Positions 40,388 to 53,483 of a stretch of DNA of 64,000 nucleotides are shown here, in pieces. Under the pieces are notes generated by a model. The model searched no databases. It saw only the letters and a list, made by a program, of their open reading frames with translations, and was not told the origin of the DNA. The translations under genes were made by a program, and so were the position numbers. Location of the stretch: assembly GCF_004010195.1 (NCBI RefSeq), contig NC_057756.1, positions 3,752,785 through 3,816,784 on the forward strand, given 5' to 3'. Each line of letters opens with the position of its first letter. Within the stretch, counting starts at the first letter, position 1. Origin of the DNA: Chiloscyllium plagiosum. Its lineage: Eukaryota.

Positions 40388-40985
40388 AAAATTCACACAA
40401 TAATAGTTGTTGTCCAACAGATTTAATTGGATGCACTAGCTTTTGAAGTACTGTTCCTTCGTCAGGTGATTGTGGAGTGCACAATTGGAAAACACAGAAT
40501 TTATAGCAAGTGTTTACAATGTGATTTAACTGAAATTATACGTTAAAAATACTTTGATTGTTTGTTAAGTCCTCTCATCTGTTAGAACGACCATGTTGGT
40601 TTCACTTCTTTCATATGTAAATCACAAAACTTTTTTTAAAGGTCCATTCTCAGATTATCTTTAATAATTGGTGTCAGCCCAGAAAATGTGTTGAAGATGT
40701 TATCCCCCCGTGTGTTGCTGTCTGTGTCATACTAATTAGACTTATTCCAATTTTTAAAAAAATGAATTTTAAAAATCTTACTTGGATTCATGTAGCTTTT
40801 GGTCAAAGTGCAATGTAAATCTGCAAGTACAAATTCACCCCACAAACGTATATGTGTACGTGTGCATGTGGGATTGTGCGGTGGGTTGTGCGAGTGTGAG
40901 AGAGTGTATAGGTGCGTGCATGAGTGTAAAGGAGTCGAAGCCTGATGCTTGTACACCCAAATCCAACACCGGCATCTCCAATCCA
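40388..40985 (-). mobile_element. PLE-associated terminal repeat (second family) with a degenerate hammerhead
   Basis: Minus strand cac-CTGACGA-aggaacagtacttc-AAAA-gcta-gtg at about 40435-40470; paralogous to 57222-57560. Confidence 0.65.
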
Positions 40986-42119
40986 AGAAAAAGAGAGATT
41001 AAATCTTGTCAGTGAGCTTAGGCAGTTACTCCAGATGTCAAAATAAACATATTGACTTAACAGCTGACAACCAAAATTAAGTTTTAGTTCTTCTTTAATT
41101 CCCCTTTATGTAAAAAACTGCTCTGAAAATGGTGTACACGTGGCCACCGAGAATTTTGCGCGATTGCTCTAGATCACGTTAGCTTCAATCATATCTTTCT
41201 TAAGTCCATCGTTGACACAGCCTAAATACTTAATTTACGAAATGTGACTGCTTCATTGAGCAATAAGTCCAGGTAAAAATCCCTCTCCATGAAACGGCCC
41301 AACATCTGAAGCTTAGAGTCCAGCTATTCAACACTGACCTGATATTGATTGTGCTCCAATCTCTCCAGTCTACCTTGTTCAATGGTAGCTCACACATTAC
41401 TTCAAAACAATAATATCCACATGGAAAGGACAAGTCAAAATGACTTATCACTTGTTCAGTGACTGTTGATGAAGACAAACGATTCCATTAAGTATTGCTA
41501 CCACATTGAAACAGCCCAAACTAACTTTGCTTTCAATCATTGGGGATGGCTGAAGATCAGCAAGCTGATGATGTAATTTACAAACTTTTCAATTGTTTTG
41601 AATTCTCCTTCATGCGAATAAGCAAAAAAAGAAATCGATCAAATGAACTGGCTTATTGGGCAGAATATATAGCAATTTCCAGTTGTGCTGCAAGACAACT
41701 ATTTTAAAAGCTTGATGCTAAATATGCAGAGCAATCTAAAAAGAAACACGTGCCGTCAGGCAAGAAAGTAGAAATAAATATCTTCCATTGTTTATATTTG
41801 TGAATCAATGGCGGTACGGGAATCATATTTAATTGAATTTTAATAATCTCCAATCTGATCGATTGTGAAGGCAAAATTGGTAATTTGATGACGAAGGGAC
41901 ATAGATGGTCTGCTTCTCAACATGACCACAAAAAAAAATCAGGTTATTACTAGACTGAATATTGTTTGTCACGAGGGAACGATAAGGAGACGTGGTTGTA
42001 CTCAAACACCGCGATGAGAAATTAAGAATGTCGTTCGTCATGCAGTGAAAAAGCAAATAGCATATTGTTCTTTGAAGTGGGAAGATTCTATTGAAGTGGA
42101 ATGATGCCATTTTCACCTA

Positions 42120-42650
42120 TAACGGGCATTGGACAAAGTTAACCTGTGCAAATGTGTGAAGAACCGCTCTTTCTATGTGAGCATGGATGCTCTGTATATC
42201 GAGGGAATGCAACGAGGTTACACCAGACGGATTCCTGAGATGACGGAGATTGCATCAGGTACACCTACATTCACCTGAATTTTTATCATTGAAACGGAAC
42301 TCAGAGAAAACGACAACGTTTCGAACGCGAATAAAAAGGATATTCTGTTGACGTAAAGCCTAGAATCAAGGTGTCACAGATAATTGATGATGGCCAAGCC
42401 TTTTTAATGCAGAAAGGAGGAGAAATTAAAACACGTAGAGAATGGTAAGTCTCTGAAACCATCTGCTATAGATTTCTTTTTGAGTTCAAAATATTGACTA
42501 ATTTCTTGTAGGAGACAGACATAAACGGATCAAAGGATGTGAGAGAATGCTGGAACAGGATACTGAGTGGGACTATTGATCATCTGCAACAGTGCTCCAA
42601 TCCCGTGTAGCTCTATACTATGCTCCTTCTTGTGTAGTCAATATTTCTAT
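42120..42650 (+). mobile_element. Highly decayed CR1 3' fragment
   Basis: gagggaatgcaacgaggttacaccagacggattcctgag and gagaatggtaagtctctgaa resemble CR1 3' ORF2. Confidence 0.55.
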
Positions 42651-43876
42651 GCTTCCGTCTCGACACTCTTTCACGTAGCAAATTGTGACATCCAAGTGTG
42701 CAAAGAGCAAAAATAAGGTAGCGGGGAAAAAGTAACTATGAATTGCAAAGCCTTAAATTTGGACACAGACGATTAATTTTAATTAAACATATAATTGAAA
42801 AATGCTTTATGTTTCAACGATGAAATAAGGCATGCTACCACATTCTGTTTATGCTTTTAAATTTTAAATCTCATCTTTGTTTTAGTGAGGGCTGCCAGAC
42901 TAATATTAGTTTCGATAATGCCATAACAGTTTAGGATTCAATTTAGTTTACGGTATCTTACTATTCAAAATAAATATGCAATCCATCTGAAAGTCTATTT
43001 TCATTTATATGTCTCTCCAGTTAAAACTTGTAGTTTTTTAAATCACAAAAATGTTCTGCATGCCGATTACTGCAAAATAATTTGCTTACCTGATTGTAAT
43101 GTGTTTTGTCCCCTCCCTATACAAGAATCATTGAATATGTGATAGCAATATATATAATTGCAAATTAAAATTAGGAATTGCCATTTTGCGAAAGGTGAGA
43201 AATTCTGATCATTTCGATTCGAATCCGAAATTCTCAACGAGATTAATGACAGTTTAACATGCAACTACACGACTGGTGCCGTAGTACTCCACAATGAGAT
43301 TAGCTGTCGGCTGCATATTGTATAAACTTGTGAATGTCAAGATTAATCCTTGAGTGTCTGCTCTGACAGGCACAGTGATAGTACAACCAAATATTATGAA
43401 ATACTCCTGGTCATATGTCATGAATATTATTTTGTGAACAAATTTGTCATATCATTGTTGAGGATATTTATTACAGGAATGATCAAATTAATTTATTTAC
43501 ATTAAACACTTCATTTGCGAAAACTTTTGAAAGTTGCATTATTCCAGAATAAAACAAATCATAGCATAATTACAATTTCTTCATTCGCTGTTCTCCTTCT
43601 TCTACATTGATCTCGTTTTGTTTTTGTTTTCTTTCTGGAATGTGTGAGCATCAATAATAATCTTTGGAATTAATAACAATCTTGACGAATTGTCTTAAGT
43701 AAAACAAGCATACTGAATAATTTGGATTGAAAGTGTGGCTCCTCGAACTAATATGACAAAATTAGATTCGAGATTCTGTAAAGATAAAAATAATGGTTTT
43801 TGACCTATATTTGAGTTTCAGAAAAAAGAATTGACTTTGGCATTTATGTTTATCGATTTCCTTCAATGAAATACAG

Positions 43877-43897
43877 AAGTAAGAAAAGTCCAAAATG
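43877..43897 (+). CDS. 21-nt phase-1 heptad micro-exon EVRKVQN
   Basis: atttccttcaatgaaatacag|AAGTAAGAAAAGTCCAAAATG|gtaagt. Confidence 0.75.
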
Positions 43898-45551
43898 GTA
43901 AGTCAGTAAAATAAACTATTTGCATTTTACAGTGAAATTTGTCATAGATTGGTAACCAGCATCGAACTGCAGTGATTTCCGCAAGACATCTTTGAAATAG
44001 ATAGTACTGTGCAAATTCAAAGCAAGTGAGATTGCATCTTTTTGCCTCAGAATTAAGAATATTACCACTGTTGCACATGAAACATCACTTATGATTCAAA
44101 TGTTTTAGTCCACTTGACCAGTCATTTTCTGATATATTTCTGAGCAAATAGAAATGACCACTTGGCATTTGATTCAGTGGTAAGGAGATAATCATTGTAA
44201 CGGAGGAGCAATCTACACATCGATTATCAAAGAAAAACATATACAATTATTTAAAGCTCGCATTACATTGACTGCATTTTTTCGTAGTATTTTTGGTTGT
44301 TCCACATCATTTGTGTGTGGCCATGTATGCATACATAACTATGAATTTGACGGAGAAGGAACAGAATATAGAGACAGTAAACACTTAAAGCCTGGTCAAA
44401 TCCGATAGGAGAACTGAAGCGATGCATTGACGACAAATGGGCAATCTGTTTGATTGAGGGTACGATTGCTTGGAACATAGTGTACTGCGTTTCCAGAAAA
44501 TAGCTAAGCATATTGTTGTGTAAACTATTTAACTTGTTGTGGCCAGTTTTTAAATAATGCTTCAGTTTTCCATTAAAAGGAAATCTTTACTTATCGTTAT
44601 GACATTGGATCTGTGAATATTATTCATTTTAGATCATCTTTATTTTTCCTGAGAGGCAGAGTGCAAAAATTAACAAAACACAGAAACAAAATGGTGTACT
44701 GGAAGTTTGCAAACATTCTATCCAGTACTATTGTAGATGCTGAGAGTAACGGTATCAATTGTTTGCAGAATATATAAGCAAGTAGATATAATTTAAGAAT
44801 AAAATGGAATTTTGAGAGGCATTGTTATATATAGTAGACAGAGATAATACAGCATCAATTCAGCAGATCTGGCAGCAGTGAGGATGTTGTAGGATATGCA
44901 ACAACATAAGTAGATATTATGGCAATGAACTTGGTGACTTCAATTGCTGGGAATGTTCGTAGTATTTCACATCAACGCGTTTTCCTCCATTTTATTTTTT
45001 TTATTTTAAAAGAAGAATAAGCAATATTTCCATATAAATTGCCTTCATCGTCCTTAAAATTCTAAATGGCTTGTTGTAAAGTAATGAATGATAATCATCC
45101 TGCACAACATTGTGCAAAAGTCCACAAAGTAACACATCACTCAGAAAAGTTTGGTTCTCGCTTTGTTGTTGTCAAATGATTCAAAATGTACATGCTTGAA
45201 AATTCCTTATACGTAAATAAAAGGTCAAATCAAAAAAAGGAAGAAATTTATCATAAATGTCAAACTTATGTGCCGGTTATACTTTACGACTGTTAGATTC
45301 TTTTTCGTGCCGTTTTCAGTCTTTATTATTTTATGAATGATACCGTGCGTGAAATAATCAGTTTTCTGCATAATTTCGTTGCTCTGTTAATTTTCACACG
45401 AAATTATATTTCTGAATTACTCCTGATGTTGTATGATTCAATTCTTTCATAAATACTTTAGTTCATGTTTATTTGCTGACATAATGCTAAGCTAATTGAG
45501 CTAATGATTGTCATTTGAGTTCATAAATGACATTTGTCTGCCGTCCTACAG

Positions 45552-45572
45552 AATTGGCAAAGTGCCAAGATG
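45552..45572 (+). CDS. 21-nt phase-1 heptad micro-exon ELAKCQD
   Basis: tttgtctgccgtcctacag|AATTGGCAAAGTGCCAAGATG|gtaagt. Confidence 0.8.
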
Positions 45573-46209
45573 GTAAGTAGGTTAAAATATGTTTTCAGCT
45601 GAACAATTGGCAGAAATGATCAGTTTGTCTTTGGCTAATAAGTTGAAGAGATTTTTAAAGAAGATGAATGAAGATTTATAATCAAAAGTTGAATATTGAA
45701 ACAAGTAAAATGCATATCAATCTGGAAGTTATTAATTAGATCAACATGATTAAATACTGAACTTTGTTTTGATATATGGGCTACTCCGTGTGTGTGTGTG
45801 TGCATGTGCGTTTGCCTTCATATTTGTGAGAGTTTTTATGTGCATGGTGTCTCTGTGTGAATTCTGAGTCTGATGGCATACGTGTGTATGTTGCATATGC
45901 GTGATAGTGAGGAATTGCGTGTTATGAGTCCAACAGATACACAGAGACCAAAGTGTACATTGCCTGTTTCGAAATTTCTGTTCAGTATGCAAAGTTTGAC
46001 AATTAAGATTTCCTGATGCATCATGATGTCAATGAAATCACAAAGCTTTTTGGACGTTTTACGGATTGATGTCCAATATTTAAATCAAATTTTGACACAA
46101 TATTTCCCATGAGTATTATGCGGCAGGTCACGTCTTCCTATTTTCTTTGATATATGCTAAATTCTACACGATCAATAAGTTACTGAAATAATTATTTTAC
46201 TCCCTGTAG

Positions 46210-46230
46210 AACTGAAAAAGCGGAACGAAC
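46210..46230 (+). CDS. 21-nt phase-1 heptad micro-exon ELKKRNE
   Basis: attattttactccctgtag|AACTGAAAAAGCGGAACGAAC|gtaagg. Confidence 0.75.
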
Positions 46231-47487
46231 GTAAGGCCATGTCAAATTATTTTCATTTATTTATTTTGTGTGAAATTGGACGAAGTCAATCATGGATGCC
46301 ACTTATTGATTTGCGTAAACTAGCTGAATAATACGCTCAAATTTCCACCCAAATGAGAAGCGTCACAATTAGTTCACCTCTGATATAAATATCCCCGCAT
46401 TCGTGATGATCTTCTAAAAATTAAACATTGTTATTAAAACTGTACCATATTGTCTGAATGTGAAGAAACGTGTCAGTGAAAGGGAGAGAGAGAGATAAAC
46501 ATCAAGGCAGAGTGTGCTTCATGTGACATTAAATCATTGTCGCCACTGAATATCTATTAAATATTCCTGCATATATGCATCATGTCCATGTTCACACGTT
46601 CTTTTCATAGAGATCAAAATTTCAGTGGGTCACAAAATCTGACATTTTCTGTGAAAACCAGAATAATGAAAAATACAAATTGCTTCCTTACACAATTGTT
46701 ATTCACTCAAGGCATGTGACTCTGTCTGCCTCAGGCGTCACATATGTAAATGATGTTCCCCATGGTTGTTTCAACGTAAATCACATAATGTTGTGGTTGG
46801 TTTCAAATGTAGGAATGACGAAATCTAGAAGACACATTTTCATTCATAATATTTATTGGGACGTTAGATTTTATCCACTCACTTATGCGTCTGTCTACTT
46901 GCTTGCTTTTTTTTTAATTGAATGCTTACTACATTGATCTCTGTACTTATTTTAACTAAGGAGTAATACTAAAGACATTTTCACACGGTCCATAGTGAGA
47001 TTCGAAACACCAAATTTCAAAATTCCCTTGATTCACTGACTTGCTTATTGACGTTCCATCCCTCAGTGATTCTGATGTGTACAAGTATTACTATCAGTGA
47101 CGTTTCATCTAGGTTTGAGCTGTTAATCCTGTATTTTTTGAAGTAAATATTAAGTCATTATACAAATATTTTGCTGATCCATGTAGCCATTGTCTTTGGA
47201 TCCATAATGTTTAACACTTCCGGAGAAGAAAGTGACTTGAAGTATACTGCTACATTGGGAATGAATTTTCGTACAGGACACATGATTCAGTATGAAGAAC
47301 AAATGTGCATCCAATGAAAATACACAATTCAAGCACAGAATGTTTTTTCAAATTTTAATGCATTGAAAGCCTGGAAAAAAAATGTTGGGTATTCAATGGT
47401 ATTCAGTGGTCAACAATGTCTCAGCGACCAGAAATACTGGCAAAAGATTGTTAAACTTTCTTTGAATTAACTCAGTAACCAATAAGC

Positions 47488-47491
<4 letters not shown>

Positions 47492-47538
<47 letters not shown>
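47492..47538. repeat. (TA)n microsatellite
   Basis: Directly visible. Confidence 0.95.
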
Positions 47539-47542
<4 letters not shown>

Positions 47543-49180
47543 ATTATGATCGGTTCCATTATATTGGTGCCAGGATTACAAGGGATCATATTCTGTCACG
47601 CACTTCTCCTTTGTTCTGCACCTAACAGTGCACAGTATTATTTTACTTCTTTTCAAATGGCTGTCTAGTTATTTGTTGCACACGTTGGTTGCCCTGCATC
47701 GTTCAGACGGTCAGTTTTTACATTCCAGACCTTTACCACCCACAGACTGCAAAACCACTTCCCCAATTTGCTTTACTTTCTTTTGTTTATACACTCATGA
47801 GTGGGAACAGCTGCTTCATTAAACTCTATCCAGAGCGCGCCAGAATTTTAGTGTTTCAATCATGTTTCCTGCAGCCCTTCTTTTCTAATTCATGTAGCTC
47901 AAACTCATCTTTACTCGCTTTCCTTATAATTCAGATGGCTCACCAAAAGATGAAATTCCACAAATGTTAAATTTGTTCACTGTAACCCATGCATAGTTCA
48001 TTACTCTACGTCACGAAAATCCAATCAAACACTAATTGTCCACAGTTAAACGCACTACACAAACATCACCATTCTTTACAATTCAGTATTAACAGTAATT
48101 TTAATTATCCTGAGCATCAACCGAAATAACTCCAAACATGTTTTTGCTAAGTGTGATTTTTTTTTACACAAATCTATGGTTCACTTTCACTTACTCCGTG
48201 TAAGCAATACTATCAGCCTTCAAGATCTGGAGAACAAAGATGGGACGTAACATAGCTCTATAGAAGCTGGAGAACTTCGTGAAAATATCATAATATCTCA
48301 AAAAAGTCCATTTTCGACAGAAGGCGATGCTGGAAGTCATAAAACACTTGAACGTGAATTAACCCCTAGGACGGGATCACGTGTACCCGAGAAAATTGTA
48401 GGAAGCTGGAGAAACGATTGCTCGGATCGTTGCTGAAATGTAGGTGTCATCAGTAGCCATGGATGCGGTGCTGGAAGAGTACAATGCCAAAAGAAAAATA
48501 CAATCACCTTATTGATAAATGTTGATATAAATTGGTACCTAGAGTATTGCGAACTTCTGAGATCTGTATCTATTTTATTCACATGCTGTCGGTAAAACAC
48601 CAGTTCATATATTTATATCAAAATGGATCGTTTGTTGACTTTTGTTTGAGAACGCATTTCAGGGGGTCTTTCCTTGTTTAGCTGATTCAAAAGGATCATT
48701 CTTTTGGCAAAACAGCATTAGTGATCAACATATTTTTCTTCCTTCAATATTGACAATGCTTTCATGGTCAGATTAGGTCTTAAAATACAGATTGTTTATG
48801 GAATTGAACTTTTATCATAGTCTAAGGCGAGATTTGAACCCTGGGCGTCAGAACATTTTCTTAGCGCAATTTCTAAGTTAAATACGAGCAAACACCTTTG
48901 TTTTTGTTACTGGGAAAACCAAGCTTTATTTTAAATGATGCAGCCGGATAATTTGATATCAACGACTAAGATGTTCAATGCCAATGAATGAAATTAAGCT
49001 ACACAGGTATTATTAGCGCAACAGTTTTAATTTTTTTGCTTATGATTTGGCATTGACCTTATGTATGGAACAGTTTGTAAGTTGTATCTGAGAATCAATA
49101 CGCTGGCATTCTTTCAGCAGCCTCTGAGCGACATGAAACGAAAAATCATCGAAAGCCTGGTGGATTGATTAAACTGACAA

Positions 49181-49182
<2 letters not shown>

Positions 49183-49226
<44 letters not shown>

Positions 49227-49242
49227 ACACACACACAAACAC
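49183..49242. repeat. (TC)n-(CA)n compound microsatellite
   Basis: Directly visible. Confidence 0.95.
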
Positions 49243-49296
49243 GCATTTGTCGTTCTGCTTTTTGGTTTGACTCATGAAATCTTTTTGGTTTTGCAG

Positions 49297-49329
49297 GCTT
49301 AAAGTGTTACCAAGATTTAAAGAAGATGG
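49297..49329 (+). CDS. 33-nt phase-1 exon (R)LKCYQDLKKM
   Basis: ctttttggttttgcag|GCTTAAAGTGTTACCAAGATTTAAAGAAGATGG|gtgaga; in frame with the heptad exons. Confidence 0.7.
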
Positions 49330-49526
49330 GTGAGAATGCATTTTTTGTTATGTAAGTTATCTTTGAATGCAAAGATCAATAGAAACGATATGCATTTTAA
49401 TTGTAATCGTTGTGTACTGTTCCAAACTCCAGTTAACATCACAGACTAAAGTGAGCAGGTTCGGTATGCAATGTGAAACAAATGTCTTTAAATTGAATAA
49501 ACACTTTGGCATTCTAAACTTTAGTC

Positions 49527-49727
49527 ACTGGAAAAGCACAGCAGGTCGGACAACAACTGAGCAACAGGAGAGTCGACGTTTCGGGCATTAGCCCTTTATT
49601 CCTGACGAAGCGTTTATGCCTAAAATGTCGAGTCTCCTGCTCTTCGAATACTGCCTGACCTGTTGCGCTTTTCCAGCCCACACTTTCCAACTCCGACTCT
49701 CCAGCATCTGCACTCCTCACTTTTTCT
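49527..49727. mobile_element. Older PLE-derived fold-back element
   Basis: ctggaaaagcacagcaggtc...gtcgacgtttcgggc / cctgacgaag...gacctgttgcgcttttccag; the hammerhead is degenerate. Confidence 0.85.
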
Positions 49728-52700
49728 GAAACATTTTTTCCAGCATTATTTGAAGTTCACTTGCTACTCCAGCACACAAAAAGTATGCCGAATTTGATGT
49801 GGAAAACATATTTCAATGGGCAAACACATTCTTTAACAAAAATTGAAGACATTTGAAAACGCAACGTTCTGCAGTATTAATTGTCCGTTATCCTGCATTG
49901 AAAGCATTTCATGTCTAGCTGTATAAATATTTCACAATATTTTCCAAATAAATATTATTGCATCTCAAGACAGATTTGAAATTGTAAATCAAATTCGAAT
50001 TTGACGAAATCAAGCAAAACTATCTTCTAATGCAAGCATGTGCGTAAAACATATATTTTCAGCAATTTGGGAACACACATAAAATCAATTGTCATGATTT
50101 ATATTGTGTATGAACCGGACGAATTTGCATGTGCACTATTGCACTATTCTTGCACTTGGCTTGATTGGAGAATATTTCACTGAACATCGGATTCACACAT
50201 ATGTTAAGCCAGATAGATATGACAGAGTATGGTGTTCATAAGTGAAATATAGTCCGATTTTTTTAATTTTGCTTTTTCTTAAACTGACAGAAGTACTTTT
50301 TTAAGATCATCAAATGTCATAAGTCCTCCTTTTAAAACTTGAATTTCCTCATCCAATGTATTAACAGTTAATCCCTGCATTGTTCATTCTGAAAAATCCT
50401 GAGCCAAAGTCTGAAGTGTTGAAAACTGTTTTAAAATGGACTTGCGGGTGGCAGTCAAACATCATCAGCTTTGCTCAGCATCTTTCTATTTTGTTTAATA
50501 ACATTCGATTAAACTGGATTTCACGTTGCAACGGCACTAGACACATCACAATTTCAATTGAACGTTAAATTTAAAAGGGTTTAAGACAGGAGCAGATCAA
50601 AAGATTCGCGGAGATTTATGAAGGAGGCACAACTAAAAAAAAGGGCTATGTGAATCAGCTGAAGCGCAAAGATGCATAAATAAATGTCAATATAACTTCT
50701 GGATGTAAAACCTCACAATAACGTGATGTAACATCACACCTTCCTTAGCGTGCTGACAAAAACAAACATGGTTTGTCAGTAACCTTCATTTCAATGAGTT
50801 ATCAGTTATTCACAAATTCACGCATGATGGCTTAAGATTCAGCAATATTTGAGGGTTCTTACACATTGAATTATTTGTGTTCGAATACAGCAAAAAGCGA
50901 CTACGTTCCAGATAATGGCTGTTATGTGGCTCGGAGACCTCTTGCCACAAATAGAAGGTGCTCGACACGTGCTCTCTCTTCTCTGACGAATCCATCCATC
51001 ACTGCATGACATTCTCATGGCTGAACTCCCAAATAAGAATCAACACACTGATTGCCATAAAACAAAATGTAAACTGTACAGACAGTAATACATATATGAA
51101 ATAAACATGATGGATGAATATATATGTGCATATGCAGACACACACACACACACACACGCCACACACGCTCTCATCTGCAATTGCAGATCACAGGATATGT
51201 TTATGATTCTCAACATTTAACGTAACTGTTCAAAATTTATCAAACTTTTTTCGTCACAAGTGAGTAATGTCCAATTTTCTTTTGATATAAATTCAAACAA
51301 AGTCATGGAAAGAATTACTATCCATGATAAAGCAGAACACTTGAATGGCACACATCATTCGCATTTGACTTTTAATTCCTTTCCCTCCACCAGCGATGCA
51401 AAGTGGCAGAAGGATGTCTCATTTGCCAGGCAATGCGACAGCTCTCACAGAGTACTTCAACGATGCATTCGAAACTTGTGATGTCTTTCAACTAAAAAGA
51501 GAAGCCCAATAGGAACATAGTAAAATGAACAGAAAATATTTAGCCTTCCAGTGAAAAATTGAGCTATATTTATTCTTACTTTAGTGGCATAACATTAATG
51601 GAATTAAACCGCCCCTTACACCATGGACAATGGATTCAATGGATCAAAAAGACAACAAATAATCGACCATCATTTTAATAGTTTTAATCAAGGATATATG
51701 TCCATCTTCGACGTCATGCATAACGTGTTGAAAAGAGGAAGTTTAAAAAATCGAAAAAAAAACACTCTCCAGATTTTAGCTTCTGAATAAAAAAGAGCCT
51801 GTGATACAGTAACCAATTGATACTTGTCTAAAATTCGTTCTGAAACATAGCATCAACACTCCACCCATTGTTAGAATAATTCAAACCCTTTATGAATGAA
51901 AACCACTATCATCAGCTTCAGGCACCAAATTGCTTGAAGCTTTTTCCCTTGTTTGTTCTTTTATTTTATTCATGGACATGTCAAAGTATAACACTGACTG
52001 TTGCTATTCTAGTTATAATTTCTTTTCTCCCACCTTAAGTTGCTGTGCCTGCCATTATTTAATCATTAATTACTGATGGCAATGTATTATAGCAATACAC
52101 ATTTTATGTGTGTTACTGGCGCTACCCGTTCAGGCCCCAATTTCCAGTAACATTTCTAATGCTGTATCAGACAAAACTGCAATCCTCCAACATATCTCTT
52201 TTAACGGACAAAAAAAGATAATGTATTAAAGTTGTTGCAGCTTCTGTAAAGCAATAGACGTATGGCAGAGATATGTTCCTTTGTGTTATGTGTTGCAGAG
52301 TTCCAAAATCGTCATTTATTTTCCACTTCCACGTACATTTTCAATTTTCTTCTTTACTTCAGTTTTATCAAATTTCATCGGTGCCCAAATATTTACAAAC
52401 TGGTTGTAGGACACTGTTGCACTTTACAGCAAGGTAATAATTTTCTCAAAAGCTCAAAATACTGTAGCAAAATGCAAGGCTAATTGTCACACATTTGAAC
52501 ACGAGTGCAATCGCACTTGCCACTACCAATGTCGACATAAGACTTCACTGTCTGTCAATATTAAATAAACGGTGAATTCAGCTAATTAGTTGAGATGTTA
52601 GAGATAATGCTGACCTTGACGTCTATTTTGAAAGGTTGTTTCCTTAAATTTCAATTTACAATTTCGGTTGTAAACTTGTATAGCATGTTGCCCTGTATTT

Positions 52701-53483
52701 CCAGATTTTTTCACGAAAATATTAGTCCAATCAATCCAATATGCTTCTCAAGGACTTTGTCTTATCACCTTTCAGTTTTTTTTTCTCTATACAATTTGAA
52801 TGGTTACTGAATTTTGCTTTTCTTTGAGTATAGGCATAGAACGTCAACTGAAGGCAGTAACCGTATATTGCTATGACTTGAAAGATTGTTTTAATGAGTA
52901 ATTTGGCCAAATCTGGCCATATGCACCGGACACTCTCTGATATTTGTATTTACTGCCATCAATATTAATTAATATTTAACAGGGTGCAGTGTATGCAAAT
53001 GCTGAGCCACTCTCAATTGTGTAAATATTGGAACATTTGGAAAGGGTGAATGAAACAGGATCCACTCTCATGTTTCTCCAACACATCTGATTAAATATGG
53101 AACAGCAAAAAGAAAGATATGTTTCTGGAAAAAAAATTCTATTTGCATTTACGTTGCACAATGTGTCATGAGATTTGTCCGATATCTAGCATTTCTGATG
53201 ACAGACCTCCACATCAACATTCATAATCTTCTCTCAGTCCTATGTCAAATGACATTTCCCTCTGGCAATTTCATGATAAAATCGATTTCTTCAATTTTCT
53301 CCAAATTTTGATGTTAACTTGACTCTTATACCACAACCTTCGTGGAATTTCAAAAAACTCAATTAACTGTCACATCATTTTCACTTTCATACTAGATGCG
53401 TTTTTGGAAGAATTTCCCAATCTGTCTCTTCGCTGTGGAATTCTTCTTTAACTTTCTCTGTCTGATTGCAAATCTATGCCACC

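Noticed and set aside
42697..42717. 21-nt AG..GT segment TGTGCAAAGAGCAAAAATAAG
   Set aside because: Stop codon in phase 1, weak donor (gtagcg) and weak acceptor.
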